From: Marsupella aquatica
Taxonomy: Eukaryota > Plantae > Marchantiophyta
Direction of reading: 5' to 3'
Assembly: GCA_973895155.1 (NCBI GenBank)
Contig: OZ316895.1
Span: forward strand, 3,707,659-3,771,658
DNA length: 64,000 bases
A program made the translations under genes and the position numbers. Positions 12,201 through 22,721 of this stretch are shown piece by piece. The notes below the pieces were generated by a model, which saw only the letters and a program-made list of their open reading frames with translations, was not told the origin of the DNA and made no database searches. The stretch's first letter is position 1; every line of letters begins with the position of its first letter.

Positions 12201-14630
12201 CATATCTCCGTGCTTGTGGAGACATCCAGAAATGGAGAGTAGAGGTACCACATAAACAGCTTGTTTGATCAAGGGCCTCAAGCATTATCCCTAACGCGTC
12301 TCAAACCCATGCAAACTTCGGATATCAATTCTGAAGAAGAAGTTGGTACAGGGAAAAGAAAAATTCCTCCAGCCAATAACTCATCCATCGTCATTTGACA
12401 GACCTACCTGGATCTCGATCCGTTGAAAGATTGTCTGAATTCTCCTTCCTGTCACCGTCATAGTTCTGCTTGGCCCTATTGGCACTTCCTCTGGACTGTT
12501 CGTCTTCAGACATAACGACCGATGAATGGCGTTCCAGTTCCTCCCCGTTTACAACTGCTTCACTCCTTTTACTGTGAAGATTACCAGTTTTGGGCAATTT
12601 GACCACCCTATCATTACTATTCTCCATCTGCAACCCCAACTAATCCAAAGCATTATAACTCATGTTTAGGCAACATAGCATGAGCTTTACACCCACAACT
12701 GCCATAACCTAGCTGCTACACCGAGACTAAATTCAACTTAGATTGATGGGCATAAGAGCACCATACCTCCTTCCGCTTCGAACGTGGACATGTTAAAAGT
12801 ACTTCCATGATTTCATTGGGAGTCGCGGTTGGGCTGCGAGAAAAACCAAGCCAAAGATTGTTTGCTTCCAAAGTATCACTCGAGGAAATAGCAGACAGAT
12901 AGGAGAAAGAAAATGTCTAGAATACCATATTACTGAGTTTAGAGGCCCTGACCTTACTGCCATAACTGCCTGGGAAGTGCCACAGCATATTTTGAAATTC
13001 CGAAGCAGCCTGAGCTGCGAAATGTAGAGCGCAGCATCCAATCCTGGCAGAAAGAGTAAAACCACCTTCGACACCAGCGGCTTATTCTACAGATGACCAC
13101 AAGGTGTGAGTTAAACCCTAAGTTTGGGCTGGAAAGCCCCTGTGGTTGATTGACTCTGAGGTTTAAACATTCAGACGCAGAATGAAAAGTTGGCCAAACT
13201 AGAAATGGATTTAGAGTGAATAGACAATTCAATATACAACCGTATACAGCGGTTGACCCTTATGTTCACCTTAATGAAAATCCAACTAGGATTCATTCCG
13301 TCCGCCAAGATCCACGAAACGAGTTCTCGGAAATCCTGTGTCCATGTACCACAAATTTAATTTCATATTCCTGAAACGGGATGAGTTTATGATCACCACA
13401 TACAGGGCACTTTATTGCTAGAAAAGTAAGATACCAAGGAAATTTTCCTCAAGGTAAAGTCGGGAGAATTCAAAAGTGGGTCTCATATTTAAACGGTCGC
13501 GAATGGGATCTCAAAATTAGAGGCCCTCAAAAGCACATGGAACATTGTACACAAGCATTTCACTCATCCAAGCTACAAACCAGCCGCAAGTGGAATCTCA
13601 AAATTAGATGCCTCCAGAAGAAATTGAAATAGCCTCAATAGAATATAGGAGTTACACCGGACAAGTGCTCCGACATTGCTAGGACACCAACCTCAGGCGA
13701 AGCAAATCAAAATAGCAGAGTGAGCCAAATAACTCCGCCAAGGACATGCAGGCCAGAATTGAGAGCTGCTGATAAAATTTTGAGCTGCTGACCAAACACT
13801 TACTTCATGGACTCCGTTTTGCTACCACCACAACCGGATCATCAACATTCCAACTTCTCCCAAAAATGAAAATGATATACCTCCAGCTTTAACGTACGAC
13901 GACTTTCCGGTACCTTCCAAATCGCTTCAGCCTTTGCCTGCAGAAAACGACCGCATTCACCTATCCATTAAATGTGATCCTAATGCTTAGTAGCAGATTC
14001 ACAGGGGTGTCCGACGAGAAATGTAGGAGAGGTGTCACGATCCTATTTTACAGGCTTAAACCATTAAACCCTGCTCTAGACATACGTAGCAGGGCGATGC
14101 CACATTGTTGCACTCACACACCAATTGCCTTACAGGAAACTTAGCATGCCACAGATCTTTACTCCAATAAAGCCTAAACCCTGGCCAGCAAGTAGGGTGC
14201 TAAAATTGAATGGAGTACTCCACCTGATAAACCCTAAATCGTCACTAACGCTGATCAAGCACAAAACTGTCACCATAGGATTTAACGAGTCTCTAAACCT
14301 CAACAGACCATAAGCTTATAAGACATGCCATCTCAGCGGTCAAATGGACATCGGGCCAAATATGCTTCCCGAAAGGATTCCCTAAACATGGTCAAGCTCC
14401 GAGAAATCAACCCTAAACAGTCTGCATTCCTCGGTCACAAACTCGCATTCTGGCATTCTGTTGTACTGTCCAAACTTTTAGCATAAAGGTTTCCATGGTT
14501 GATCAGCACAGAAGTTAAATTGCCATACCTCCTCCCCGTAGACATCAAAATAATCCGCTTTGCTGCCTTTGCCAGCAAGCAGGAGCTCCTTTTTCTTCTT
14601 CGCCATTCTCCGCTGGCTACTTGGCTGCAT
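9296..14630 (-). CDS. SDN5: Small RNA degrading nuclease 5-like / REXO-family DEDDh 3'-5' exonuclease, multi-exon
   Basis: ATG at 14630 (MQPSSQRRMAKKKK...DYFDVYGEE), then exons AKAEAIWKVP, DFRELVSWILADG, KVVLLFLPGLDAALY. Exo motifs: MVAMDCEM/CVT, LVGHSLECDLTAL, GHDSVEDARAAMDL. C-terminus LPSNAMLIVLTGLGD...ALGFVTIKN with TAG at 9296-9298. Confidence 0.9.
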
Positions 14631-14999
14631 TTCCACTGAGGCCAAAAACTCTCCACCCTATCTCGAAATTAACTCGAATTCAAAGCATCGAGTGGGTGGA
14701 GCAGATAGCTCTCATTTTTAGTGCTTCACTCAATGCGTCTCCATAATCTGCGTGCATTTGTGAAGACCTACGACTCCCTGTTGGCATCCCAAGTACATCA
14801 ATTTTGCTCCTGTTCGTAGACAATCATCTCGCCATTCTGGCAGCTCCATTCGTTGGGAGCTGGACTGTGCTGTTAGGACTTTCGAATTTGATTTAGGGTT
14901 TGCAAGGTTTCGTTCAACTTGTCGGTATGTTAATTCTTTGAATGAGGGATTTGATGTTCGAACGTTGGTACATATATAAAATACAACTTTTTAGTAAGT

Positions 15000-15385
15000 C
15001 TCCCAAACAAAATTAATTATCATCTCGCCTCTTATTTTGCCTCCCAAACAAAAGTAATTAATTATCATCTAGCCTCTTATTTTGCTTCCCAAACAGAATT
15101 AATTTATCAGTGTCTTATTCTGAAAAAAAGTAATTAATTATCATCTAGCCTCTTATTTTGCCTCCCAAACAAAATTAATTATCAGTGTCTTATTCTGTAT
15201 TCAGGTTAGTGTTAATTCATGTATGAGGTCCCATTGTCCTATTTTGTATTCAGGTTAGTGTTAACTCATGTATGAGGTCCCATTGTCCTATTTTGTATTC
15301 AGGTTAGTGTTAACTCATGTATGAGGTCCCATTGTCCTATTTTGTATTCACGTTAGTGTTAACTCATATATGAGGTCCCATTGTC
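15000..15385. repeat. Two adjacent tandem arrays (~41-45-bp units, then a 49-bp unit x4)
   Basis: cccaaacaaaattaattatcatctagcctcttattttgc repeats at 15000-15190. tattttgtattcaggttagtgttaactcatgtatgaggtcccattgtcc starts at 15191, 15240, 15289 and 15338. Confidence 0.9.
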
Positions 15386-15645
15386 ATGTGCCAAGTTGCT
15401 ACTGTCTAGTCTTAACTTGTCATGACCCCATTTGCCCCCTTCCCTGTAGCAGGGCACAATCACAGGTCTGGGATGGGAGAAAATAGTCCCCTCACAAAAA
15501 CCCCACACTTTAGGCCTGCCTTTTTACTCAGGAAATGCAGAGGCGAATGGGAAGGGGGTTGTGGCGGGTTAAGGCTAGCTACTAGCAACTTGCCACATGG
15601 CAACAAGAACCTGTATATGAGTTAATACTAACTCAGATACAAAAT
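15339..15645. mobile_element. Fold-back MITE with ~105-bp imperfect TIRs
   Basis: The left arm attttgtattcacgttagtgttaactcatata...tgtcatgtgccaagttgcta matches the reverse complement of tagcaacttgccacatggca...tatatgagttaatactaactcagatacaaaat. Confidence 0.7.
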
Positions 15646-16049
15646 GGGGGCGGGTTGATAATAAATATTGTTTGGAGTGCATGTTAGTAATATCAGCTAG
15701 TTTGGGGGACAGGTTAGTAAAAACCTGATATAAAATATTGCAACGAATATTTTGGCCTTCTCTGTTCGCCCTTCCTGTGGGGCTTTTTGCGGGGGAACAA
15801 AATTTATAAAAATGTCTCTTTCAAGGAAACATTGCAAAGAACAAATTAAAGGCCTTTTTGTGTCAGTGCTGAGTATTTTGAGGTATCTCAATGGGACTTC
15901 CATGATGCTGCTTTGAATAATAAAATACCATTTTATTATTAAATTCTTGAAATTTTGAAAAACTTTGATATTAATAAAATAATTTATTTTCCTGTCGCTT
16001 GGTCTTGCTTGGATTTATGATGCGGTTACTATCTCGCGTCTCCAATTTC

Positions 16050-16572
16050 TATGTGCAACGCACGGGTTATTGAACATGGCCACAACAATTGTATGGTTGA
16101 CATCACACAAAACATGCATCAACAACTACATCTCAAAGCTTATATATTTTTCCCTTGCCTTCACATATTTTCTTGCCTTGACATGTTTTTCTAATCTTTA
16201 CATATTCTGTCCTCAACATCTTTACTTTGTCTTCATATCTTGTTCTCACATTGACATCTTTATCTCATCACGACGTTTTTCTCACCCTTGACAGTTTTTT
16301 TCCTCAACATCTTTTTCTCTCCTAGCTTGACATCTTTTCTTCATCTCAACAGCTTTTTTCACCTTGACATCTTATCTTTTCTCATCTTGTCATCTTTTTC
16401 TCACCTTGATATCTTTATCTCACGACAATTACTTTTCCTCACCCTTAACATATTTTCTCTCCATGACATCTTTTTCTCATCTTTACATGTTTTCCAACCT
16501 TGCCTCTTTTCTCTCCTCGACATCTTTTCTTCACCTCGACATCTTTTGTGCAACGCACAGACATTGGGCTAG
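16050..16572 (+). mobile_element. Non-autonomous Helitron-like element (3' end)
   Basis: Body of gacatcttt-type repeats ending in the hairpin tgtgc-aac-gcaca (16547-16559) and CTAG|t at 16569-16572. A second copy of the hairpin lies at 16052-16066. Confidence 0.65.
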
Positions 16573-17455
16573 TTTTATATATGAATTATTATTTTTCTTG
16601 TATTTAACCTCATTTTGTACATGAACTACTCTTTTCACGATACTTAACCCGAGGCCCTTTTGCACTAGTTGTCTGCCATGGCAAGGTGGTATTAGCCACA
16701 CAACATGAGATATCAAGTTGGCCCAGGTTGGTTCTATTACACAGGATGGAGAGGAGGGATCGAGCTAAGTGTGAAAAAGGAGGGGGAAACCCTATCATTG
16801 GGCCTGCTTTTTCTAAACTGGAGGGCAAGGAGGAACTCATGGATAGGGCATGGATTTGTGCATGTTGAAGGTGTACTTTGGCTAGATTGTTTAACAATCT
16901 TTTGAAATAATATTTTGAGAAACTGCTTTAAATGCTAATTATTAACCATCCTACTTGGTCATGATTAGGAGGCAGTCTAAATGGCCCTGCCAAACACATA
17001 TCAGAGAATACAATAGACAGTTCAATCTAAAGCATGTTTATTATAAGTATTTAATGTGTTTGAGCAACCAGAACTTGGATGAGATCTTTGTTGAGTCAAA
17101 GGCACCATGCATGCACATGTGCAACATCCAAGCAACCAAGTGTTGAATGGTTTTGGTACATTGTTGTTGGTGCAACAATGTCTTAATTTTGGTGGAGTTG
17201 TTATCGCAAAAGTGATGTTATTAGGGTGGGCAAGGATGTGTCGTGACATATAGTATCGTAGCCATATAGTGTATCGAAAACATACAAGTCACTAGCAATG
17301 CATATGTGCAAGCTGCTAGCAACCAACATGCATAGAAAAAGTTCAATCACATTCACAAGTGCCAAGAAAAAGCAAGTGAGGTGGTATGTACGTAGTGGAG
17401 GTATAAACCTCTGTATCCCCCCCAGACCACAGCCAAAAGGAGGGCTGAAGAAAAG

Positions 17456-18613
17456 TCAGATAGCACGTGGAGCACAGGAAGGGCAAAACCATAACCCTTC
17501 TGGCACCTGGGTAAGTTCAGGCCGAAGGCAGAAAAGATGGTACCCTCCATTGCAATTGTCACACAGCAGCATCTGGTCAGCATCATCAATTCGCAAACAC
17601 ACTTTGCAAGGGTAGTCCACAGGTGGAATCCAAGTAGAAGTCACAATGGTGGGATCCAGGTTAGGCAGATGACAAGGGGCGCAATTCTTGGCATTGTCAG
17701 CAATTGTGCGCCCATCTGCCCCTTGTAACTCTAGCACTCCAGACGGTCGAATAGCTTTAACCCTGAGAATAGTACGACTGGTAGAGGTGTCCAGGGTGTC
17801 GTTAGCTTGCCGCTGCAAGTACACAAAATCTCCCACATCAAACTTCCTGACCTTGCGCTGAAAAGTGCCACCTCGTGTGTGTGCATAACGCAGTGTGTCC
17901 CTATGTTGTGCAATGGTCAAATTCTCCATGGCCATGGGCATAACCCTCCTGAATAGGGCAGCCCTCTCAGAGATCACATCAGACCAAGTCACAGCTGAAT
18001 CCAAGTCCACCACCTTAAGCATGTGAGCAGCAATAGCAGAAGGTGGAACTGGGTGACGACCAAACAACAAGAAGTAGGGAGAAAAGTTAGACAGTGATGC
18101 ATGTCTGGACATCCTATACCCCATGGCAATGTAGGGTAAGGCCAGGTCCCAATCCTCCTTGTTTTTGGTGAGGCAGATCTTCCGGAGACCCTTCTTGCAT
18201 GTCTGAACCATGCGCTCTGTCAAGCCATCTGCTTGTGGGTGATCTCGTGATGTCCGGCGATGATCAATGAGGGCCTGATCAAGCAGCTCCTGGAACTCTC
18301 CTCTAAACTCTGAGCCCTGGTCAGTGAGACATTCTGCACAAGCTCCAAAGCGGCTGAGAACTTGTTGCAGGAATGCCTGGCTGGTGCTACGGGAGGTCTT
18401 ATCCGGCAATGCCACAAGTTCTATCCACTTGGAGAAATGCTCTATCATGATCATGATGTAGAGATTACCCCGAGATGTGAGGGGTAATTCTCCAGCCAAA
18501 TCACATGACCAACGATAAAACATGCCCTGAATAGGGAGTGGATGAAGTGTGGGTTGCCGAGATGTGAAAGAAGTCCTCACCCTATCACATTGTTCACACC
18601 GGGCAATAACATC
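17456..18613 (-). CDS. Integrase core with C-terminal PHD finger; same frame as RT across a TGA at 18614-18616
   Basis: CEQC completes HHCC. Catalytic D-D-E in WSCDLAG / LTDQGSEF / ADGLTERM. C-terminal CKVC...MLLCDNCNGGYHLFCL...WFCPSC is a C4HC3 PHD finger (~17475-17610). Confidence 0.93.
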   Translation of the reverse strand, partial: DVIARCEQCDRVRTSFTSRQPTLHPLPIQGMFYRWSCDLAGELPLTSRGNLYIMIMIEHFSKWIELVALPDKTSRSTSQAFLQQVLSRFGACAECLTDQGSEFRGEFQELLDQALIDHRRTSRDHPQADGLTERMVQTCKKGLRKICLTKNKEDWDLALPYIAMGYRMSRHASLSNFSPYFLLFGRHPVPPSAIAAHMLKVVDLDSAVTWSDVISERAALFRRVMPMAMENLTIAQHRDTLRYAHTRGGTFQRKVRKFDVGDFVYLQRQANDTLDTSTSRTILRVKAIRPSGVLELQGADGRTIADNAKNCAPCHLPNLDPTIVTSTWIPPVDYPCKVCLRIDDADQMLLCDNCNGGYHLFCLRPELTQVPEGLWFCPSCAPRAI

Positions 18614-20719
18614 TCAAACCTGGCCATGCATGCCTCTCCAATGATAATGAGGGACCAAGAGGCTGTAAGTCCTCTTAACGCCAAAATGACCAAGCTCAGA
18701 ATGTACCTTACGGATAAGGCCAACCCTCTCATGAATGGGTGGAACCACCACTTCCCTGTCTAGCAAGCAGCGCACGAGATGATCTCCCTTCCACAAGTAG
18801 CGCTTGGACCTTTGCTGAATTCGGTCTCTCTGGGCAGCAGTAACATGTGTGGGGTACTCCCCATGCTGCAAAAATCTCAGAGTGTCGCTGTCCTCCCATA
18901 TGTCCACCACAGGTTGGTCAACAACATAGCATGGCAGCAAAGCAAGATAGGTCGATGCATGAAATGTAGGCAGGATGGAAACCTGGTCAAAATCTTCCCG
19001 TGCATCTGAGGAATCATCAGAGGTAATCAAAGGGCTGCGGGACATAGTGTCAGCATTCTGATGTGTCACACCAGGCCTATGAATTACCTCAAAATCATAC
19101 TCCTGGAGTATGAGCGCCCAACGAGCAAGCTTGCCAGTAAGCTTGTCGTTGGTCATCAACCACTTCAAGGGCTGGTGGTCGGTGTAGAGAACAAACCTGG
19201 TCCCATAGAGGTAGGGCCTATAATGTATGACAGCCCACACAATAGCAAGGCATTCACCCTCATAAGAAGAATAATGACTCTCTGCCTGATTGTTGCTCCT
19301 GGATGCATAGGCAATGACGTACTCTTTACCTTCCTCATCATGCTGGCCCAGAATGGCACCAATCCCAAGGGCACTCCAATCTGTGTGTAGCACAAAGACC
19401 TTGTTGAAATCAGGTCTTCTCAGCACCGGGTATTCTGAGAGCTTCTCCTTCAAAGTGGCAAATGCTGCCTCAGCATCTGTACTCCATGTCCAAGTCACAT
19501 TCTTTTTCAACAAAGCATACAATGGGTGTGCAATGGTACTGAAATCTTTGATGTAGATCCGGTAGTAATTGCACAACCCAATAAAACTCCTCAAAGTGTG
19601 AACATCGGTAGGAGTGGGCATTTCCAAGATGGATACCACCTTGGCCCAGTGAGCCATGGTTCCATTTGGAAGAATGCGATGCCCAAGATATACTACTGAT
19701 CTGACAACAAATTCACACTTCTTGGGGTGTATCTTTAGGTTCACCTTCTTAAGCCTCATGAATAGCTCCTCAAGGTCAAGTAGATGCTGGTCAAATCCTT
19801 TGCTGTGGACCAACACATCATCAATGTAGCATTTTAGAAACTCAGCACCTTGCAAAACCTGGTCCATGACTCTTTGAAAGAATATGGGCGCATTTTTCAA
19901 GCCAAATGGCATCACCAACCACTCCCATAGTTGGTTACTACCATGGAAAGCTGTTTTCTTGCGATCCTTTGCAAGCAGCAAAATCTGGTTGAAGCCTTGC
20001 CTTAGATCCACAAGAGTGAAGATGTTTGAGTCTCCAATGCTGTCAAATAGCTCCTCTGGCCGCGGCATGGGGTACCTGTCCTGGGGTGTGACCAGGTTCA
20101 ATGGCCTGTAGTCCCCACACATGCGTTTCTCTGTCCACAATCCACTGGAATCCTTCTTTGCTGGCATCACTGTAGCTGCCGCAAAATCTGATGTAGATGG
20201 CTGAATAAGACCAGCTTCATAAAGCTCTTGGCACCTCTCATCCACCAGCTGCCACTCATGCTTACTCAAACGGTGTCTCCGCCTAAAGATAGGTGTTTCA
20301 TCAGCCAACTCAATGGAGAACTGCATAGTCTTGCACTTACCCAAGTCCTTCATAGAGAAAGCAAACACATTCTCATGCTTGAGGAGCAAATTCAGCAGCT
20401 GGTCCTTCTGTCTTTTACTCAGGTGGTTGCCCATGATAAATGTGTAGTTGGCAACACTAGGAATAGGACCTGATGTACTCGTGCTTGAAGAGCCAGAAGT
20501 GCCAGCCTCTCCACTGTCCAAGCTGCTAGCATGCTGCTGATAAGGTGATGAGGCCTCTCCAAGGCCTGCTGTATCTGTTGCTCTGGTCTGATCCACACCA
20601 TGAAACTCAGAAATAATGTCAGCCACATTACAAGGGACCTCCTCCCCCCCAACACGGACTGAAGCGGTGAGTGTTGAATAGAGGTAAGTGCACCTGGTCT
20701 GGATGCCATGTAGCAGCAC
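18614..20719 (-). CDS. pol: Reverse transcriptase + RNase H + start of integrase zinc-binding domain
   Basis: KRMCGDYRPLN, DLRQGFNQI, MPFGLKNAP, YIDD, LRSFIGLCNYY, LHTDWS, YEGECLA, YTDHQPL, NADTMSR, HSELGHFG. Confidence 0.95.
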   Translation of the reverse strand: MLLHGIQTRCTYLYSTLTASVRVGGEEVPCNVADIISEFHGVDQTRATDTAGLGEASSPYQQHASSLDSGEAGTSGSSSTSTSGPIPSVANYTFIMGNHLSKRQKDQLLNLLLKHENVFAFSMKDLGKCKTMQFSIELADETPIFRRRHRLSKHEWQLVDERCQELYEAGLIQPSTSDFAAATVMPAKKDSSGLWTEKRMCGDYRPLNLVTPQDRYPMPRPEELFDSIGDSNIFTLVDLRQGFNQILLLAKDRKKTAFHGSNQLWEWLVMPFGLKNAPIFFQRVMDQVLQGAEFLKCYIDDVLVHSKGFDQHLLDLEELFMRLKKVNLKIHPKKCEFVVRSVVYLGHRILPNGTMAHWAKVVSILEMPTPTDVHTLRSFIGLCNYYRIYIKDFSTIAHPLYALLKKNVTWTWSTDAEAAFATLKEKLSEYPVLRRPDFNKVFVLHTDWSALGIGAILGQHDEEGKEYVIAYASRSNNQAESHYSSYEGECLAIVWAVIHYRPYLYGTRFVLYTDHQPLKWLMTNDKLTGKLARWALILQEYDFEVIHRPGVTHQNADTMSRSPLITSDDSSDAREDFDQVSILPTFHASTYLALLPCYVVDQPVVDIWEDSDTLRFLQHGEYPTHVTAAQRDRIQQRSKRYLWKGDHLVRCLLDREVVVPPIHERVGLIRKVHSELGHFGVKRTYSLLVPHYHWRGMHGQV

Positions 20720-20789
20720 TATGGAGGGGTAGGGCTAGAGCTCCTAATGCTGGAGGAATGTACATCTGAAAAAGGATGCAAGTGACCAG

Positions 20790-21730
20790 AAGCCAAGTGA
20801 GAGCATTGAGATCCATTACCCTGCCAAGTAAAGCATTCCTGGCCAGCCTGGTGATTTTGGTGTGACCTATAGTACCGGGTTGGAAGCCCATAGCCCGTTC
20901 TCTCTCCTCAGGACTAGGTTCATCCCATGTACCGGTAGAATGTCGATAAACCAGCCCAGGACCATTACCCTGAAAAGCATGTGCACCTGGAAAGGACACA
21001 AATGTAGGCCAAGCAGCACGGGGTTGTCCAATGGTATTAGCTGGATACCAAGATGCTGGCTCATGTTGTGTAACTGGTTGGCAAGAACTGTCAGGATCCA
21101 AAATCTGGTCCACTGTAAGGTTAGTGTCCCTGGATGTGTGGTGAAGAGCCATCTCCAGCAAGGAAGGTGGTGCAAGGTTAGTCCAAAAGTTACGAAGACG
21201 ATGTACATAAGAACCACAGTGCACTGCATCAATGAGAAGGGGTGGTCCCAAGTAGTGCTGGACCACACTAAAATCCTCTTTGACCTGTGGACGCTGGTCA
21301 AACTGAGATGGAGTATTCTCAATGATATAACCAACAGCAGGATAAAGGGATTGAGCCCAGGTGAGAATCTGAACCAATGCTGTGAAAAGACCAGAACGAG
21401 AATCATGTAGTCCAGCACCGTGACCAGCAGCTGAAAACCCTTGGCATTCCCAACCAGCTATGATCAAATCAAGGGAGCCAAGAAGGGTTAAGTGTCGGTG
21501 CTGGACAAGCTGGATATCTGGAGGAAAGAAAGAAAATGCAGACTTCCATGCACTGTGTGGAAACTGCTGAGGAAATCGCTCTGAAAATTCCAGCAGACGG
21601 GATTCAGCCACTTGCCTTGCACCTGGATCAATATCCACATAGATGTACTGCTTCACCACCATGCCAGACTGTAGGAGAGCTTCCAGGCCTGTAGAAATGC
21701 CACCAAAAAGCTCAAGCAATGTAAGGCCAT
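20790..21730 (-). CDS. C5 cytosine DNA methyltransferase domain (DNMT3-like motif pattern) inside pol
   Basis: Motif I LLELFGGISTG; II YIYVDID; IV DLIIAGWECQGFS (Cys codon 21444-21446); V [51 protein letters not shown]. Uninterrupted and in frame with the protease. Confidence 0.9.
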
Positions 21731-22079
21731 CTGAAGGAGGAGTCCATGTAACTGATGCGCTCAAGATTGGGGCTATTGGTTGTCCATGATGCTGCCCAAG
21801 GTCCTCAAATTTGTGCAATGCAGCCACCAAAGGTCCATGGGCTGCTTGGAGCCGTTGTACCACCTCTGGTTGATGATCCACGTTGCTGGAAAGTGCTGCT
21901 ACACGTGCAGCAGCATGTGCAGTAGCCACCTCATCCTCATCCTCCTCAATCCAATCCTGCAATGGGTGGTTGACATAGGTAGCTGTGTGCACTACTTTCA
22001 ACACACAGTGGTGAGCCATAGGTGTATGGGCACCATGCAAATCAAGTGGAATGTAGCCCAAGTGTGAGCCATCCGTATG

Positions 22080-22430
22080 CCAATCAACTCTGTAATATGC
22101 ATGCTCATGCCAGTTGTCAATGGTAAAACCTGGTGGGAACAAAGCCTCCTGGCCAATGAGCACATCATACGTAGTGGCATTGGTAACCAAACATCTGACT
22201 GGGAAATGCAATTCCTGATCTGTACCTCCATTAAAAGTGAGAGTGAGTAAAGTAGAACTCTCACCCAGCACATCCTCCACAGTGCCACTAGCAGTCCGAA
22301 TGTGCCACCTGGATTGTTGTAAATGATCAATCAACAGTCCCATCTTCTTGGCAAACTGAATGCCCAATATCACTGGTTGAGCACCTGTGTCTAGCATGAC
22401 CACCTGAGGAGTGTGACCATCCAACTTGAC
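22080..22430 (-). CDS. Retroviral-type aspartic protease domain
   Basis: VMLDTGAQPVILG active site (~22385), IRTASG flap and YDVLIGQEAL C-terminal motif, all in ORF 20628..22721. Confidence 0.9.
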
Positions 22431-22721
22431 TGCTGAATTCCTGTTGTCAACAATGGCAATGGTGGTGGAAACTAAAGTCCTGTCACTAGGCACCACTTTT
22501 GGCAAATGATGAGGTACCTTGTGAAGGGAGTTAGTGTCCATGGTCTTTCCACTCAACAACATAGCCAGGAAAGATGGAGCAGCATGACCAAAATCAAGTG
22601 TAGCTCTGGTCACACAATCAGCAGCAATCGGTACTGGGGCAGCCAAACCAATGGAAACATGTAAAGGAGAAGAAAAAGGTCCAGTATGTACATGAGATTG
22701 GACCTCCAAAACCGGTGTCAC

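Noticed and set aside
14060-14420. aaaccctaa telo-box-like motifs in SDN5 intron 1
   Set aside because: Common near the 5' ends of plant housekeeping genes and not a telomeric array.
15000-15385. CRISPR-like appearance of regular repeats
   Set aside because: Units are contiguous with no unique spacers, no cas genes are present, and the context is eukaryotic.
20628-22721. Stand-alone host DNMT3/DRM gene or bacterial R-M methylase contaminant
   Set aside because: It is intronless, fused in frame to a retroviral protease and flanked by gag and RT, with no restriction enzyme or host regulatory domains.
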